Origin: a virus
DNA: 64,000 nucleotides
Strand: one strand, 5' to 3'
Virus record (IMG/VR): IMGVR_UViG_3300035698_004085
Coordinates: 96,001-160,000 of that record
Below, piece after piece: positions 60,954-64,000 of this stretch (within the stretch, counting starts at the first letter, position 1; each line of letters begins with the position of its first letter). The notes under the pieces are model-generated. The model worked only from the letters and a program-made list of their open reading frames with translations, was not told the DNA's origin and did not search any database. A program made the translations under genes and the position numbers.

Positions 60954-62217
60954 CCTTGATAACTAATTAAGGAGGAAGCTAATGACTGATAAACAATGGA
61001 CAGGCGGTGACGGCTCTGGGTGGAAGCTTGAACACGGTGAGTACTATGCGTTTGTTACAAAACAAGGAGCGCTCTGGTCACTGTTTGTGTGGAGAAGAAC
61101 AGTTAAAGGAGAGCTTCTTATCTTCGATTGTTCAATAGCTACATCACGTAAAGCTAAGGAAATAGCTGAATTGGTAATTGATGCGGAAAAATGGAGAACT
61201 AAATGAAAAGTGATATGTTTATGTGTGCAAAGTGTGAGAAAGCTGTTCTAGTAGGAGGATCTAGACCTATAATGAAGGTTAATGATAGAATCATTTGCGG
61301 AGAATGCGCTTTACCAGAACTATTAGAAGCTGAAAATAGGATTAAACAACTTGAAGAAGACCTTGCCGAAGCGGAGCTTTCTATTAAGTCTAAAGATGCT
61401 TTGTCAGGACAGTGGATGGTGCCTATTCAATGGAAGGATCGAGCGGAAAAGGCTGAAAAGGATAGCTATGCTGCCAACGAGTCTATGGAAGCAATGCAAG
61501 ATTCTTTGGATAAACCTTGGTATGATGTCAAAGCTGCTGAGGAACGCGCAAAAGAAGCTGAAGTAAAGTTAGATCGCGTTAGAGAATACATTGACAAGAT
61601 GGGCTTTGTCCTCTATGAGATTCCAGATGATTGTGACAGAACTAGATCAATCATGGGAAAATATGGAACGTTATCAGGACCTACAGATGTTCTTTTTGAC
61701 TCAATCATTAAAATGAATACGGTATAACTGTTAGGAGAAGATCATGAAAAGATGCACTGATAGACTTCAGCTCCCGGAGTTTGGAGATAACCCACGCAGC
61801 ATGACAGCTATCTGTTGCCAGCTAGAAGACGGACACGCTGGTCCACATCGTTCAGTTACTCCCAACATCCAGGTAATGGGAGAGCCTTACGCTGACGTGA
61901 GCGAAGAGCTATGTGACGTGCGGATAACCTGGGAGCACTGGGGATGTTGCCCAATTCACGGACAGAATATTGAGGATAAGGAGGCATCTCAATGAGTTTA
62001 AGCGAAGACCAGATCCATGCTAGAATGGAAGTCTACTCTCAGATAAATGACTTTCTTGATCTAGAATATGGGCGTTTAGACGTAGATGGAAGTATTAGCG
62101 AGAAAGAACAAGCTCTTAACGAGAACGAGCAAGCCGAGTTTGTTCGTAAAAAGATATACCGCGAAGCAAAGCGCTGGTTTTATTCGCTTACTCCCAAACA
62201 AAAGAAGGAGGATTGAT

Positions 62218-62862
62218 ATGGGAGGTTGGATAAATTTGGGCGAGGCGGAACAGAATATAGCCAGATACGTAGCCGATAGAAGATATGCCATTAACCGGAA
62301 AAAGGGGGTGTACGACGGTAAAATAGGTCCACAGTCTAACGAAGCCACAGACATTGAGGGCATTGGGGCAGAGATAGCGTTTTGCAAGTCCATGAACCTG
62401 TATCCGGATCTGACGCTGGACGGACACCCGCCCGAAGATGCCGTAACTCATGACGGTAGACGGGTTGACATAAAAGCAACCAAGTACAAGTCTGGGCATC
62501 TGTTGGCAGTGGTCGGTAAAAAGAACAAGCCAGCCGATGTGTATGCACTGGTTATAGGTACCTTCCCACGATACAGGATAGCCGGAACCGCAAGGGGGGA
62601 AGATCTGTTCAAGGACGAGAATATAAAAGACTTCGGGTATGGGAACACATACGCCATGAGGCAGGAGGATTTGGAGGTGGAGCTAGAGCTGAGGGAAAAC
62701 ACGATGTACGATCTAGATGACGCCATATCACCGCCAGATGGTCAACTGAACACAACCAAATCCGATTCAGACCAGGACGTAAAGGTTATAGGATATTGGG
62801 GAAAGAATGCTAACCCAGCACTAGTACGAATGAGTGATCAATTATTGAATCATAGTTTGTGA
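62218..62862 (+). CDS. PD-(D/E)xK nuclease-fold protein
   Basis: GGAGG RBS; GAEIAF...D....VDIKAT. Confidence 0.55.
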   Translation: MGGWINLGEAEQNIARYVADRRYAINRKKGVYDGKIGPQSNEATDIEGIGAEIAFCKSMNLYPDLTLDGHPPEDAVTHDGRRVDIKATKYKSGHLLAVVGKKNKPADVYALVIGTFPRYRIAGTARGEDLFKDENIKDFGYGNTYAMRQEDLEVELELRENTMYDLDDAISPPDGQLNTTKSDSDQDVKVIGYWGKNANPALVRMSDQLLNHSL

Positions 62863-63112
62863 AAGATAAATAATCTAAAATGAAGTGTAAAATCTGCAAT
62901 TCTCCTTACCACGAGTCAACCGGACATATGTTTTCAAAGAATTTTGTCATATGTGGTAGATGCGCCAAGGACTTCTGCCAATGGTATAAGAGGAGAATGG
63001 GACAGATGCACGCAAGACTCAAGAACAAGCAAACAGGCAATAGAATGACTGAATCATTCGCAGACGCTGCTGCGAAGAGCATCATAGGGGATTAATAAAT
63101 AACATTCTAAAC

Positions 63113-63145
63113 TCTTAAGTTCCCCGCTTTCAGCTAATCTATAAT
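63113..63145 (+). promoter_or_regulatory. Putative phage late promoter
   Basis: TCTTAA-N21-TATAAT. Confidence 0.5.
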
Positions 63146-63731
63146 AATAGATAGGACAATTTAGTTAAGGAGACTTCCTATTTTTACCTGCGAAATAAAC
63201 ATAGGTCCAGGAAAGCGAATAATGGTTAATCCAGCTCAACACCAATGGGCTTATATTCTGGACAACGATCAACTAGCCGTAATCTTCGGACCACTAACCG
63301 CTGAAGAACAAGTTGAACGCGCTGTAAGGCAAACTATGTTAGAAGACACAAAGGAGAAAATCTATAATGACGGAGAAGAAGAATAATACCTTAAAAGAAC
63401 TAGAAAGGATAAGAGTCTACGCTGAAGATATTATAGACTACCTTATGCTAGGGAAATGCCAAAGAAACAAAGCACTGTTCTACGCCTCAAAAATTATAGA
63501 AGAAGTCTCTAATCTTCAAGAATCCTTTAATTCCTTTAACGACTCTCAATAAAATTCTTAATTATAACTACATGATTTCACTAAGGAATCTTTATAGATC
63601 TATAATTAGCACTTTGATTAAAAAGATCAATTTAGTATATTAGATAAGAGATTATCAAATAATTAATAATTTTTAACTTAATCCTAGAAAAAAGAAAAGT
63701 ATAATCCAAAAAAGTAATGTTAGTAATAGTC

Positions 63732-63765
63732 GGGAGTCAAAGACTCCCTGAGTACGAAGTACTCA
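63732..63765. repeat. Two abutting perfect 7-bp hairpins with triloops
   Basis: GGGAGTC-AAA-GACTCCC and TGAGTAC-GAA-GTACTCA. Confidence 0.85.
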
Positions 63766-64000
63766 ATTAACCAGTCATTCTAAAAACAAATTTAAAATTT
63801 AAAAACAAATTAACAATCTTTAAAAATTCTTTTAAGCAACAGATCTATCTTTTTCTAAGACAAAATAAATAATAAATGTAAAACAAAGTAAGGTTAATCT
63901 TTTGCTACGCAAAAGCATAGCTCGCTTCGCTCACTATGACTTAATTTTAAAAGTCTTTTTCTTTTGATATATAGGTAAGAGATCTAATATAGGTAATACA

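Noticed and set aside
63180-63386. ATT-initiated ORF after AAGGAG
   Set aside because: An in-frame ATG at 63222 with a plausible AGGA RBS explains it without a rare start codon
1-64000. Genome-wide stop-codon reassignment
   Set aside because: Core genes are intact in code 11; TAA, TAG and TGA all end genes, often overlapping the next start; no clear suppressor tRNA

Overview
This 64-kb window is part of a large, AT-rich tailed-phage (probably jumbo-phage) genome. It uses the standard genetic code and almost all genes are on the + strand. Recognisable genes: class II ribonucleotide reductase with a mini-intein, Dam-type methylase, ATP-dependent DNA ligase, dCMP and cytidine deaminases, Tpt1/KptA, an HD (p)ppGpp-hydrolase-like protein, metallophosphoesterase, GNAT, SLT lytic transglycosylase, GroES, HNH proteins and three fibre/tailspike-like proteins. 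Many small hypothetical ORFs sit behind TTGACA-N17-TAAGCT promoters. Four things stand out. (1) At least 10 unrelated acidic proteins in three loci share an N-terminal leader (G-I-S-x-E-G-L/M-K-R-L/I...A/S-Q). In two pairs the RBS+leader DNA is copied almost exactly, which suggests a portable, cleavable virion-targeting tag fused to swappable cargo. (2) Those loci and the structural genes share a second promoter class, YYYTAA-N21-TATAWT, lacking TTGACA. (3) A ~3.7-kb ncRNA array (13.8-17.5 kb) holds tmRNA, tRNA-Asn, four tRNA-shaped RNAs with inserted domains, a permuted Y-RNA-like tRNA mimic, a ~420-nt GOLLD/ROOL-like RNA, a hammerhead ribozyme and several orphan structured RNAs. (4) A 1.6-kb symmetric non-coding region coincides with a GC-skew flip and is a candidate replication origin. 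All calls are by eye; no searches or folding programs were run.
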